DNA of 64,000 bases from Macrostomum lignano (Eukaryota), in the NCBI GenBank assembly GCA_002269645.1, contig NIVC01000449.1:290775-354774 (forward strand), in the 5' to 3' direction. The notes beneath the pieces were generated by a model. It was not told where the DNA came from, did no database searches, and saw nothing but the letters and a program-made list of their open reading frames with translations. Position 1 is the first letter of the stretch, and each line of letters starts with the position of its first letter. A program made the translations under genes and the position numbers. This document shows, piece by piece, positions 1 through 12,245 of this stretch.

Positions 1-522
1 TAGAGTTTATATCCTAAAAATGATGTTATGCAATAGATTATGCAATAGATTCTAATAGATTCTGCAATAGGATATTGCATATATGCAATAGATTTTTAAA
101 AAATGGCTCAACTAATTTTATTCAAACTTGCACCATTTGATTAGAAAATTTTCTAGGACAGTACATACATCTTGGCTAAGAAATCACTCAATGTTAAAAG
201 GATTAAATATTCAAAAACATGCTTTTTTGCAAAGGTCAAGCAGCTCTTTCAATCTGAAATTCATTGTAAAAATGCTAAAGAAAAAACTGACAGGCTGAAT
301 TCCAATTGTGATAAAGATTGTATCACAACAAGTTGAAAACAGTGTCGAAGAAATGCACACCAGACTTGATTGAAATTGCGTAACTATATTGCTAACTTTA
401 ATTGAGACTAATACTGGCTGACTGAGAAATTGATTATATCATAACTTTTAACTCTAACCAACTTGCTATAAGTATTGAATTCTAAAGGCCACAACATACA
501 TGTGCAACTTTGGGAATCACCT

Positions 523-3500
523 GGGTAAATCTCAAACACAGAAGTAAAAAATTTGACAAAAACTAAAAGTTCAGAGACATGGAAGAAAATACTTTACCTC
601 TAAAGATTAAACATTAGTATAATAATTTTTCTACTTAAAACCACAAGTAACACTGAATTTCAAGAAAGAAGAGTTTTCTTTGGCGTCATCCTTGCCCACC
701 ACATGCCTAAAGATCAGAATGTCAATCAGCAGTATTTCAAACACTTCATAATTCACCATCTTCGCCCAGCTCTCTGCAAAAAGCGTCCGAGGACTTGAAT
801 CTCTGTGAACAATCAACTGTTTGTTCTGATGTCAGTCCAAACTACATGTAAAACATGATTGCACAAACTTTTGGGATGACCCTTAGAGATATAAAAAAAA
901 CTTACACCACACGACAAAAAGTAGTGCAGTAAAGATTTGATAAATGGAGCTTGTTTCTTCACAAAACACAGGAAACGTCGCAGAAAAAAATTTCTGGAAT
1001 GTCATCGCGCACTCTGATGCCAGCACATTGCCAGTGCTACCATTTATGGTAGCCATCACATTGGATCCACTGAAGCTTGACGGATTGCAGCCGTAGACTG
1101 TTCAGACTCGCTATCACCTACGTGTTGATGTCGATGTCCATGGCGACGCACACGATTGCAATTTGAACCATCAACTGACTGTAGATTTTTCGGTGTATCG
1201 TTCTGACTCACACGTGCAGCTGCAGTGCCTGAGACTCAAAACAGGTTCCAGATTTTGGCGTCATAGCAATGGCACTCTGGTGTTGAATGAGGACACAAAT
1301 AGGTAAGCCAGCGATACACGATTTCTCTTTGTGTTCAGCAGACGTCATGGCAGTTTGCAATTCCTCGCATTTCATTTAGGTTGATCATTCAAAGTACGCC
1401 TTTCTGCAGGTCGATATCTTGTGCTGTGACAATAAATAAAATAACCTTTAAATCTGGTTCACAATGAGCAGCCGCCATGACCTCATCTGGGGTTCGCACA
1501 GTGCCTCCCATCAATACAATGCTGTCGCATCGCCTCTTGATAACTGCTCCTACTCCGTCAGCTGCGCCTTTGCCATGGCCCACTTCTGTAAAAAGCCACT
1601 GCCAGTCATGTACTCCCATTTTTCGCAGCAGACAATTGAAAACATACAGATTAAATTGATTTCTATACTGGCTGCTAGGAGAGTCTGATATTACAGTAAT
1701 CTTGGTAATTTTTGGAAATTTGTCCCAGAACTACCTTAGGACAGGCAAAAGGTGAGCTCCTACTGCGTCTTTAGTCTTGCAATTATCTGCTAACAACGTT
1801 GAAAAGCAAACAGGACTTTGACTAGGGTGATAGCACACTCCTTGATGAATAGTCACTTCATGCTTGGCACCAAAATGACTCAACTGCACTTCATGTCCAC
1901 ACTTCCCAGAGTAGTTCTCGGAAAAATCAATTAGCAAAATGAGATGACTTGGTTTTTGATTGAATTTTAGCTCCCGGATGGCTCAGTACTGATGTCTAAG
2001 CCGAAAAAAGTGGCAGGAATACTTCACCATTTGCTTTTTCATCTTACTTAGGGCAAGGTCGCATGGAATACTTTTTTGCACCAACTGAGTGCTGAAACTG
2101 CCAGAATCTCCTATGGGAACTGACTTCCACTTGCAGTAGCAAATCTCTTGGTTGGATTCCTTAAATTTTGAAGGCAGCTTGTCGTGGCATTGTGTACAGT
2201 TTTGCTGAAGGCATGCTTCATTCTCCATTGAGCATACCATTTCATTAAGATTCTGGTTCACATCAGTGGAGGCAATCAGCTTTGATGCATGAAAACCTTT
2301 CAGTAACAGAGCAGTATTCGTGCATTGCTGACACAAGCACATATCTCTGTCAGTAAGCTTCGGGTGAAGCACATGCCATGGCTTCCATCTATAAAATGTT
2401 GCCCTGCTCACTCGAGCTGTTGGATGCTCTGAAACAAACTTTAGTCGGAGAACCTCAATCATAGAAAGAAGGTACCTTTTCTGGCGGGTCTACTTTTTGC
2501 ATGTTATGGACTCCTTCTTTCCTGCTGTTGCCTGACTATTATCATCTTGCAGAAAAAAGTCTTGTACCACCAAAAGCCAAGGGTTAACCCAAGGCTTTTT
2601 CTCCTTTGGATTCCATAGGCTTTTCGAGCACTTGAGTGTTGTCTTCAATGCCCTTTCAAGCATGGGATTGGAGGCAGCCAAGGAGCACATTCCCTTGAAG
2701 ACTTGTTGGGTCGATCGCTTTCTTTTCGAGGTGAGAAGGTACTGAACAATCGCATTAGCGGACTCTGAGCATTTCTCCTTCGACCCCTTCTGACCCTGCT
2801 TCTTCAAAAATTGAATCTCTTTCTTTAAATTATCTACTTGACTTGCCAGAGACTGATTGGATTTATTACTTTCTGTCGCTCTCTTTGCCTTGCTGCTTTG
2901 GATTTGGACAGGCCTGTTCTTTTTCTGTCTTTCTCACAATCACTAGACACCTTGATTGATGTTAAATTGCTACATGTATGCTTCATTTTTGCCCTGTAAC
3001 GTCGGGCAGACGCCAGGCTTTCTGCCTCTCTTTCACTCTGCTTTTGCTCGGCACTCAAAGAATGTCGTCTCTTGGCACTCCAATTCCGCTGTAACTCTCT
3101 CTGCTTCTCTGGGTCAGTCTTGTACTTCTTTGCAAGTGCACAACGGTTTGCTTCTAGCCAACACTGCCATTTTGGTTTTGCCATGGGCAGAAGACTGAAA
3201 AGTTGCCAAAATTGGTTGTGTATATTGAATGACAGCTCAAAGAGCAGGTGCTGCAGCAGCTTGTCGATGCAAAAGAGTGAGGTTTTAGCATTGCAACAGC
3301 CCTGCTGCTTGAAGAAAAGGCAGGACAGACGAAATATTTTACAGACCGGAGCACTAGTCCTGCCCTTATTCTCCAAAGAAACAAATGGCACTGACTGCTG
3401 GAGGAGCAATCAGACCAACCAGAGTGGATGCCATTGAGCAGCAGAAGTTTTCTTCATCTGCCTTTGGTGGCATAAGGCACACCAGGGTTCCACTAGCCTC

Positions 3501-5125
3501 ACCAGGCACTAATCTGCCTAAGGCAAAGTTTGCCTGGTAGGCTTCTTGGGTTGACACCCATGACACATAAAACTCAGGTGTGCTCGCGCATGAAGTTGGA
3601 CGCTGATCCCTGGGGCCACACTTCACAGAGCTGCTTACACTGCTAGCTTATTAACATGGTTGTGAGCCTACTAATATATTAATATATTCTATTATCATGC
3701 GACATCCATTTTTATTCCAGACAGAAAATGAATTTTTAAGTCAATTTGTGTATTTCAGAAACCATATAAGAATGAGGTATTATCATCTTCATGGTTTCTG
3801 GTATCAATTTAATGAAAATAACTGTGGTAATTTTAAGAATATCTGCATTTAAAATTGCCAAAATTTACAAATAGGCAGATGAGACTCTCACTTTCTATTT
3901 TTGTATGTAATTATGAAGATTGACAATTGAAAATAACTAAATAGAGTGGTAGATATGGCATTCAGATTGCAAGGTAAACATATACTGCTACACAGATATA
4001 AATACAAATAGAAATAGATAGATTGTGCTAGTGTTAGATACTAAGGGGTCATTAAATACAATAAAAATATGTAATATCAGGGTTCTTTTTGCTTTAACCT
4101 AACCATGGGATCTGTTTCTAAGGGTTCCTGCCATACCTATTATCCTGCCATACCTATTATCCTTTGCTAGCCAAAAACAGGCATCAAATATGATAATATA
4201 AGAGGAACATACTAAATAGATTGACAGGAATAAATTAGAGTTATTCTGTGGATTACTGAACATTAGAGCTCAAGATATACACATAAGATCAAAAAAAAAT
4301 ATCATTACAAGTGAATTCATCGTAGATTTTTGCACAAAAAAACTAAAACTGCTTATTTAGTTATAATACTTGGCTATGAATGTTTAAAAACCCATATAAT
4401 GAACTTAATAAGGTCCATACTTCTTTAGTAAAATCACAAGAACATGCAATGAAAAACTACTCTTTGTTTAGTATTTTTCTACATAATTAAAACATTTTGG
4501 GAACATATACAAGCTTATGAGCTGAGTAAACTGACACCTTACAAGAAATTTTGTGCTTATGAAAAAAGTCAAAATGTAACATCAATAGGCATAAGTAAGT
4601 AACAATGCATTGACAATTGCAGATAAAATGGAAAAACTATATTTAAAATGTCTCTGAAAGAATGAATCACTAAAGATCAAAAATGTTTGGTGTTGTTTAT
4701 TAGAAAACTTACACCTTACAGGAACTTTTCAACAGTAGACAAATATCATGCAATTGAGACAAGGCCAAATAAGTTCATAAATATTAAAAACACAGTGGTA
4801 CAATATCCACAAGCTCCCAGATAAAGGTTTTCCCCAATATTTTCAGTCTTTGTCACATAGACAAAGATAGTACACGTGCAAAAAAGCGTTATGAAACAAA
4901 AAATGTACTTAAGATAACAAGTCAGAAAGCTACGTTTTTAGTTGCTATCGCCACGAAAAAACAGAAGCTCTGGCTAAACGTTTAAAGAAACATTTATTGA
5001 TTGGTTTTTTTTATAAATACCAGGTAAAGTTATGTACAAATACTTCTGATTTAACTATGAAATTCATGCTCAAAGAAAAAATTTGTTTATAATTTACATA
5101 TATATTGTCAATCTGAGATTTACCC
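523..5125 (-). mobile_element. 4.6-kb cut-and-paste DNA transposon, Sola-like DDD transposase family (decayed)
   Basis: Perfect 12-bp TIRs GGGTAAATCTCA (523-534) / TGAGATTTACCC (5114-5125), 4-bp TSD ACCT (519-522, 5126-5129) and an internal transposase pseudogene. Removing it restores one arm of a host palindrome. Superfamily assignment needs a profile search. Confidence 0.8.
1265..3409 (-). pseudogene. DDD transposase pseudogene
   Basis: Colinear fragments: basic coiled N-terminus, Cys-rich FYRWKPWHV...CLCQQC...C, then DFSENY (1731-1937), an in-frame TAG at 1733-1731, then SDSPSSQYRN and WLFTEVGHGKGAADGVGAVIKR, and a downstream YRWLTYLCPHSTPECHC-type Cys motif. Multiple stops and frameshifts. 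Confidence 0.75.
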
Positions 5126-5258
5126 ACCTGGCTGTTTCTATTGGCAATACAATACACACGTAAGTTGCTATTGGCTAAGAGCAGTCACGTGACTATTATT
5201 CCATCCAACAGCGACTTACATGTGTGTGTTGCCAATAGAAATGGCTGAGTGAATCCCA
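5126..5258. repeat. Imperfect palindrome (~140 bp; left tip displaced to 511-522 by the transposon insertion)
   Basis: TTCTATTGGCAA pairs with TTGCCAATAGAA; ACACACGTAAGTTGCT pairs with AGCGACTTACATGTGT; the centre is the perfect palindrome AGTCACGTGACT (5183-5194); TGGGAATCAC (511-520) pairs with GTGAATCCCA (5249-5258). Confidence 0.7.
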
Positions 5259-6012
5259 TGTCAAATATATACATGACTACATGTTGAACATAAAAGAGCC
5301 ACTATGTCAAACATAGAAGAGCCAACCATGTCAAACATTATGGAGCCACTATAAAGCTGAGGATATTATTGTACTAGCTACTTCTTGTCTTGGTGGATTC
5401 TTGCTATTTAAGGAGAGATTATTGCTATCAAGGGGATGCTTGCTATTAGAAGAATGTTTGCAATCTGGGGTAATTGGCTATTGGATGATGCTTGGATAGA
5501 GAGTACTTGCTATCTGAGAGGGGGTTGCTATAGCTATCTATAAGGATTTTTTGTATCTAGGGATGCCTGTTATCTAGGGGATGCTTGCTATCAGGGGATA
5601 TTTGCTATCTGGTAGATGTTTGCTATATGGGGTTGCTTGCTATCTAGGGGATTCTTGCTATCTAAGGCCTGAGAGATGCTTGCATGCTGTCTAGGGATGC
5701 TTGATTTTGGGGAGGCAAGAAGCCTACTCTTGGAGGAAGGGGGGGTACATGCTATATTGGGAGGGGTTGCTATCTGGGTGATGCTTGCTATCTGGGAGAT
5801 GCTTCTTGTTATTGTATTTAGGGTGCTTGCTATTATATTTGGATAGGGTGCTTGCTATTTGAGGGATGCTTGCTGTCTTGAGATGATTTATTTTTAGAGA
5901 GAATGTCTGTTGTCTTTGTGAAGGCTTTATTTTCCTGTCTTTGTTACTTGTAGAGAACAAAAATTCTATCTAGATGTCCCCCCATTAGGGGGCAAAAATT
6001 GCTAGTTATAAA

Positions 6013-7413
6013 TCTAATATACAAAAAATAAAAAAATTGCTTGCTTGCTTGCTTGTCCATATACTAAAAATGGTCTGTCTATGTCTATCTATCTGTGATT
6101 GATTAGAGAAAAATGGCTCAACTAATTTTCTTCAAACTTGCACCATTTGATCAGAAATTTTCCCGTGATGGTATATGCATTATGGCTAAGAAATTGCTCA
6201 ATGTTAAAACTATCAAATATTAAATAAACATGCTTTTTTGCAAAGGTCAAGCAGCTCTTTTGACTTCAAATACATTTTAAGATTGCTCAAAAATAAATTG
6301 ACTAGTTGAATTCTGATTCTAAAATAGATTGCATCATACTAGGCTTTTATTAATTTAGTCTGTGTACTGGCTAAATTTTAATACTGAATTGAATTGCATT
6401 GCAATATTAAAAATTCAGTATGGAAGCTTTGCACAAGGCTTGATTTATATTGCAGAACTATATTATTAACTATAATAGAGACTAGTATTGACTTGCCTGA
6501 GAAATTGATTAATGTCATCAACTAAATTGGTGTAAGTGTTGAATTATAAATGCTATAAATTCATTTACAAATTCAATGACAGCTAGCCTAGATATAAATA
6601 GACTGAACTGCTAATGCAGCAACCTAGGTTTAAATCTTAGTAAATATAATTTTTTTATTGAAAGCATTTAATAATAGACTAATTAAAAAGACACAGATTA
6701 TTGCACTTCATAAGCCAAGGATTATTGCACTTGATAAGTAAATGATTATTGCACTTGATGAGTAAATGATTATTGTACTAGTCTAGATTAAAAGATTCAT
6801 TATGCTGCCTAATATATGGTTTATTGCACAACCAAAAAAAGCAATTATTATAATAAAAATATTTGCATTAGCTACTTGTCTGGTAGATGCTTGCTATTGT
6901 ATCTGGGGGATGCTTGAACTGATATATTTGGAAGTGGGTGCTTAGTATTGGGGGGAAGCTTGTTCTCTAGCAAGAGGGGGGGTACTTGCTATTTGGTATA
7001 GAGGGGTACTAGCTATATGTATCTATATTTATGGGATTATTTCTATCCAAAGATGCTTACTATTTAGAGATACTTTGTATCTATAGGATGCTTCCTATCT
7101 GGGAGATGCCTGCTATCTGGGAGATGCTTGCTATCTGGAAAATACTTGCTATAAAGAGGAGGGATGCTTGCTTTCTGGGGGGTACTTGCTATCTGCAGGA
7201 GGCTTTCTATCTTGGGGATATTTTATATTTAGGGAGAATGTCTATTATCTTTGTGAAAGCTTTGTCTGTCAATTTTAATAAAAAAAGATTTATAGAAAAC
7301 ATCTTTGTCCGTGACAATTTTACTTGAATAAGATGATTTTTAAAACTGAAAAAAGAATTGGTTTTTAAGAGAATGTGCTTATTTGGCACCCTGAAAGGGT
7401 ACTAGATTGCTAG
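6013..7413 (+). mobile_element. Non-autonomous Helitron-like element, copy 2
   Basis: Starts A|TCTAATATACAAAAA with a (TTGC)n/(CTAT)n microsatellite; ends with hairpin ACCCT-GAA-AGGGT (7388-7400) then TTGCTAG (7413). Shares both ends with copy 1. Confidence 0.6.
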
Positions 7414-9157
7414 ATTTTTTCTGAAACAAATGTAAATAGACCTATATTTTATAATATATATTTGCTTTTATTTTATTTTATGTAATTATATTACAAATAT
7501 ATTGATTTAAAAAAAACAGAATTTTTATTTATATTTTCTTTTGTATACATATTGACATCTACCATTGTCAAAAAGATGGCCTTTTTTTGACAAAAAAATT
7601 ATTGCACAAAATGGGGTTAGACATATACTCCACTAGCCCATTCCAATGCAATAGGAAAATCCTAGGGGGAAAATCCAGCTTAGTGCAACACAAGACAAAA
7701 GAGTTGCCGCAATTTATTGCAAGGCAAAAACTTTTGGCAAGACTATTTTTACAAATGGAAAATTAGCATGTAATTTCTTTTTATTAGCAAATTTTTTTTC
7801 ACTAGTATATTGATGGCTTTTTAAAATTAAAATATATTACCATTGCATTTTTCTATGAAACAGATTCAAATATAAGTTTTAAGGGTATCACAGATATTAA
7901 AATAACTTAATAGGTCTCTCTGGCATATACTTAGCAAAACAGCTTTCTACTTTCAGTTCAATAGCATAGAAGAATATATAAGTTATTTTATGAAAACAAA
8001 GGTAGCTAAAACAACTTTAATAAGTTTAGAAGCCCAATGCTTGCAGGTGAAAACAACTTCCTAAATGGTTCAGCAATAATGTACACTGGCCAGTCCACTG
8101 AAATGTACATAGTAGCTTTAGACTAGAATTCTATGAAAAGCAATCAAATTGGGGCAGGGCAGGCAGAAAGTAGTATAGAAAGGTGTGGTTGGAGGGTTTA
8201 GGCTAGAGGAGGGGGATAAGAGCCAATAAATGAGCCTTGGCTTTAAAAATGCATTAAAATGCTTTGGTTTAACTTACTACGGAACTGAAAGTAGCTTGCA
8301 TGCAAATGTGCTGAGTGACCCATCTAGTTTTTCTAGAATGGCTGGTATAAATATTGATTTTTGTGTTTCTTTTAAAAAAGTTTTAACACAACAGAAGCAA
8401 ACTTTTTTGATAAGATTTATTCTGGCATAGGCAAGTCATGATTTTGACTATAAAACATCCATAGTTTGGATGGTGTATTAGTATATGCCAGCTCCAGTGA
8501 GGGATACAAGTAGAGGACCTCATTTGTATGCTAGGGCATGGGACTAAAAAATGTGCCACTCATCAGTGTTTCTACTGTTATATATGCTAGGATGTATATA
8601 GATGTATACTAAAAATAGCAAGTAGCCTTGTTATATGCCAGGAAATCCGAGCATATATGTTGCCTTCCAAACTAAAGATTGGCATGTCATAATACCTTTA
8701 TTGAATTCCTTATCTCTAAGGTCTTAGTTTCTAAAATTAAATTTGTTGCTTGCCTATTAGGCCTACAAATATAAACTTTGGTATGATTAATTTGTTTTTA
8801 AAAGCCTATATCATAAAGTTTTATTGGGATATAGTTAGAGTTCTATAGGAAGTTACAGATATGGAGGTTTTTTGGCAAAGTATATGGGTACTGAAATAGT
8901 TCTAGGAATATATTTCCTATATCTAGTTCCTGTATCTAGTAATACCACTCAACTGGGACCATTGGAGCTATTGATTCGATGGGTGTAAGATAATAGAAAT
9001 AAATGAATGTTGCTAGTTTCAAAGTGAGGAGAATCCTTAAGTCCTTGGAATTTAGGACTTAAGCATCAACATAGATTTTTAATGCCATGTCCACATTGTG
9101 ATTGGGTGGTAAAGGCTAAAGTTAAGATGAACATTTTATCACTTTCAAAGAGCTCTA

Positions 9158-9943
9158 GGCTCATTCCATATAAGCATGGTCGTAACATGACAGGTTATTT
9201 TTACTTATAAAATGAAATCTAATAATAGAATATACTAAACCAATATTTTAAATGAAAGATTATTTTGTCTAGAATATATTTATAGAGTTTCATATAGATA
9301 TCATCATTAGTATAGATGCTATTAAACCTTAAATGAAACTTATGGTCGTAACGACAGGATTTTTGACATATAGAAACTAAAAGGTAAAAGTCTTATAACA
9401 TTTTTCATTTTTGATATTTTGCAATACATTTTTAAAATTTGACTAAGAACATCTTTAGAAATCATACTCTTTTATTAGAATATATAAACTCAAAAGGCAA
9501 CAAAGATACAAAAGAAAAGGCAGCCTTATGGTCGTAACATTATGGTCGTAACATATTTTTTTCTGTCAATTCAATAATTTTGAGGTACTAATACATTAAA
9601 AATATAATAGATTATTTGGTCACCAATGCTTTTATCTGATGATGCAAGTACTATACTTTTATCTATAGTTTGTTTCAACCTTCAAAAGCTTTCTATTTGT
9701 TTTTAAAAGGTACAAAATCTTAATGATGTCTTTTGCTTCGAAAAATGTCCAAATTTTTACAAAAATGACTTTTTGCCAATTGATAACATACTAATCCAAC
9801 ATTTTACCATTCCTTTATTCTTAGATTGTATATATTGCACAATATAAACATTTGGTAAAAAAATAGGCTAATTAGGCAATGGCAAGCAAAAATATTGACT
9901 TTTTTCTATTTTCCAAATATGTCCATCTTATATGGAATGAGCC
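9158..9943. mobile_element. 786-bp MITE / non-autonomous DNA transposon
   Basis: Perfect 17-bp TIRs GGCTCATTCCATATAAG (9158-9174) / CTTATATGGAATGAGCC (9927-9943), 4-bp TSD TCTA, and four internal ATGGTCGTAAC motifs (~9177, 9342, 9528, 9542). Confidence 0.8.
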
Positions 9944-10619
9944 TCTAGGTCTTTGCAAAGATTTGGAGACTTAAGCAACAGAGAGTTTTGATGCCACTAG
10001 ACTGTTGCATACTCCAAATGCTGTACATATCATGGCTACATGTGCAGTATTCAGCTGTCTCTCTAAGGTATCTATCAGGGTCCAGGCCTTGGCATTGTAT
10101 AACAGTTATAGAAAGTTTACTAGCTATAGATACAGATATGGACATAGATAGGCTACAGGAAAAATTTTGAAATATGGCTATAGATATAGATATAGGAAAA
10201 ATTTCGTTATAGAAGAACTTTAGATAGAAAGATTAAAAAGATTTAAAATGCCAATACAAATATTAATATATGCAACAAATTTTGTAAAAACTAGCATCTC
10301 TAAACAAAAACTTTTAATCAATATTGTAGATATTTTTTCTGTTTTCAACATGTTTCAATTGATATGGGTCATTTTGATGTACCAAATTAATTTTTTGCAA
10401 ATAAAACTATATAAAATTAAATAGACAATTGTTAAAAAGTGGACCTGATGAATAGTTAAATAGGTTGAAATGTCAATGTACAGTTTAGAGTAAAATGAGC
10501 TAGGGGCTAATGAGCAAATTGGAGACAGAGTCCATTCCTAGATCCAAATAGAGTGCAGTCTTTAAAACACACTTAAAAGATGCCCACACTACTATATATA
10601 AGTTATATATTTGTTTAGT

Positions 10620-11549
10620 AGGTAGGTTGCATTGACACAAGTTTGCTGTCATTTGAAAGTGGCTAGTCTCTTTAAAATGACTCAAACTGCAATCTATTTG
10701 GATTTGTATTTCAAGAGATATATAAACTTAAGTAGAGGAAGATCTGCCATAGACTTACAGAAGCTCAAATATCTACTAAAATTAGCATTCTTCTTAGTGG
10801 CAATCAATATTTATTGCATGCATGAGTTGTTTCAAAGTTGAAATTGTGACACAGTGAAAAGCTCTCTCAAGACTATAGCTGCACCAGTTAAGCAGAAAAA
10901 ATTCAGTTGCTTAATTTTCATCTGTCAATTGTCAAATGAACAGTCATTCAAGGACTGGGCAGTAGCATGACATCTTTACACTTTGGGGCTCCAGGTACAA
11001 AACAGCTGGTACTCACAAGTAACTTGGCACTGCGCATAGTGACCATTCCATCAGCATAATGACTGTGAACAGGTGGGTGAATGAGTTCAAGGGTGAAAGA
11101 ACTGATGTTAAGCAACATGCCAAGGTAAGGACACCATGAGATCCATGACAGCAGTGGCTTAGTGGATCCCATTCTCAACTTGATCAATGAAGACTACTGC
11201 CAAAGCATCTGTGAAATACCCCATTGATTGATTGCTTGAAGTCCACAGTTTACAAGTGTCTGCAGAAGATTAATCATGTCAAACTGAGTGCTTGCTGGGT
11301 TTCTTGATAGCTCACTGAGGACATAAAGCTGGGTCATCTGTCCAGATAGCTTGTGTGTCTGTAAGTCTATGACCAATGTTCCTCTACTTAAGTGCACATA
11401 TCTCTTGAAATACAAATCCAGATTGATTGCAGCTTAAGTAATTTTAAATAAGAGAATTGCCACTTTCAAATAACACCAAACTTGTGTCAATCCAACTTAC
11501 CAAATGTCTGCTACAAGTGAAAGTAACACTATTTTTTGGACACCCCTTG
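10620..11549 (+). mobile_element. Internally deleted Tc1/mariner relic
   Basis: Long inverted repeats ~10620-10790 / ~11345-11500. Right terminus ...GGACACCCCTTG|TA. Internal mariner HTH-like remnant MTVNRWVNEFKGERTDVKQHAKVRTP (11059-11136). The outer left TIR is not recognisable. Confidence 0.65.
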
Positions 11550-12245
11550 TAGAATTGTACAAATGGACACCCCTTGTACAAATAAGCAACTCATTCAACT
11601 CTTAAAGTTATTTCCAAAGGTCTGAGTAGTTATATATTTGAACCAATATGATATGGAGCAGTAAATGGTTATCTATATTCTAGAGCAAAAATTGCTTCTT
11701 TATATAGCCAATATTTTACATATATTTATAACAAAAAATAATTAGGCTATCTATTTGTACAGTAAAACAAAAGAAAACTTGATTAGGTGTCTTGCACAGA
11801 TTTGGTTTCTGAAAAAATGAGTAGAATATTAGTGCTACTTCAATACAATAGTTAAATGTCATCATTTAAAATTAAGCAAGTTTAACTATTTTTTTTTCTT
11901 TTACCAAAATGATAAGTTCATTTTTTGCTGTTCTTGTAGTTTCCTGCTATATTTTCTATAAAGAAGTATGTTTTAATATTAATTTACACTTGATTCTATA
12001 TGGAAAACTTAAGTCTAATGTATCATATCTATAAAGATTCCTCTGTCAACTATGTTAAAATTGCATCTTTGCAAGGTTACTGGTAACATTAATTTGAGTT
12101 TATATTTAATATTTTTGTGTAAACCTATTTCACAGGGCTGGTCGGTTTCGTTGCAAAACAGTTGGCTGATTGATTGATTAGTTTGCCTGCTTGCGAGCGA
12201 AAGGAGAACTCTACTTACTATTTGAATTACAATCGGCTATTGAAC

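Larger units (their letters stand above)
1..6005 (+). mobile_element. Non-autonomous Helitron-like element, copy 1 (5' end probably just before the window; interrupted by a DNA transposon)
   Basis: ~100-480 aligns by eye with ~6110-6550, and ~5400-5960 resembles ~6870-7330 (TGCTTGCTATCT(A/G)GGG motifs). It ends with hairpin CCCCC-ATTA-GGGGG (5978-5992) then TTGCTAG|T (CTAG 6002-6005), the established Helitron 3' signature. Confidence 0.55.

Noticed and set aside
7420-9150. AT-rich intergenic stretch with short ORFs
   Set aside because: No recognisable motifs, termini or splice-consistent exons
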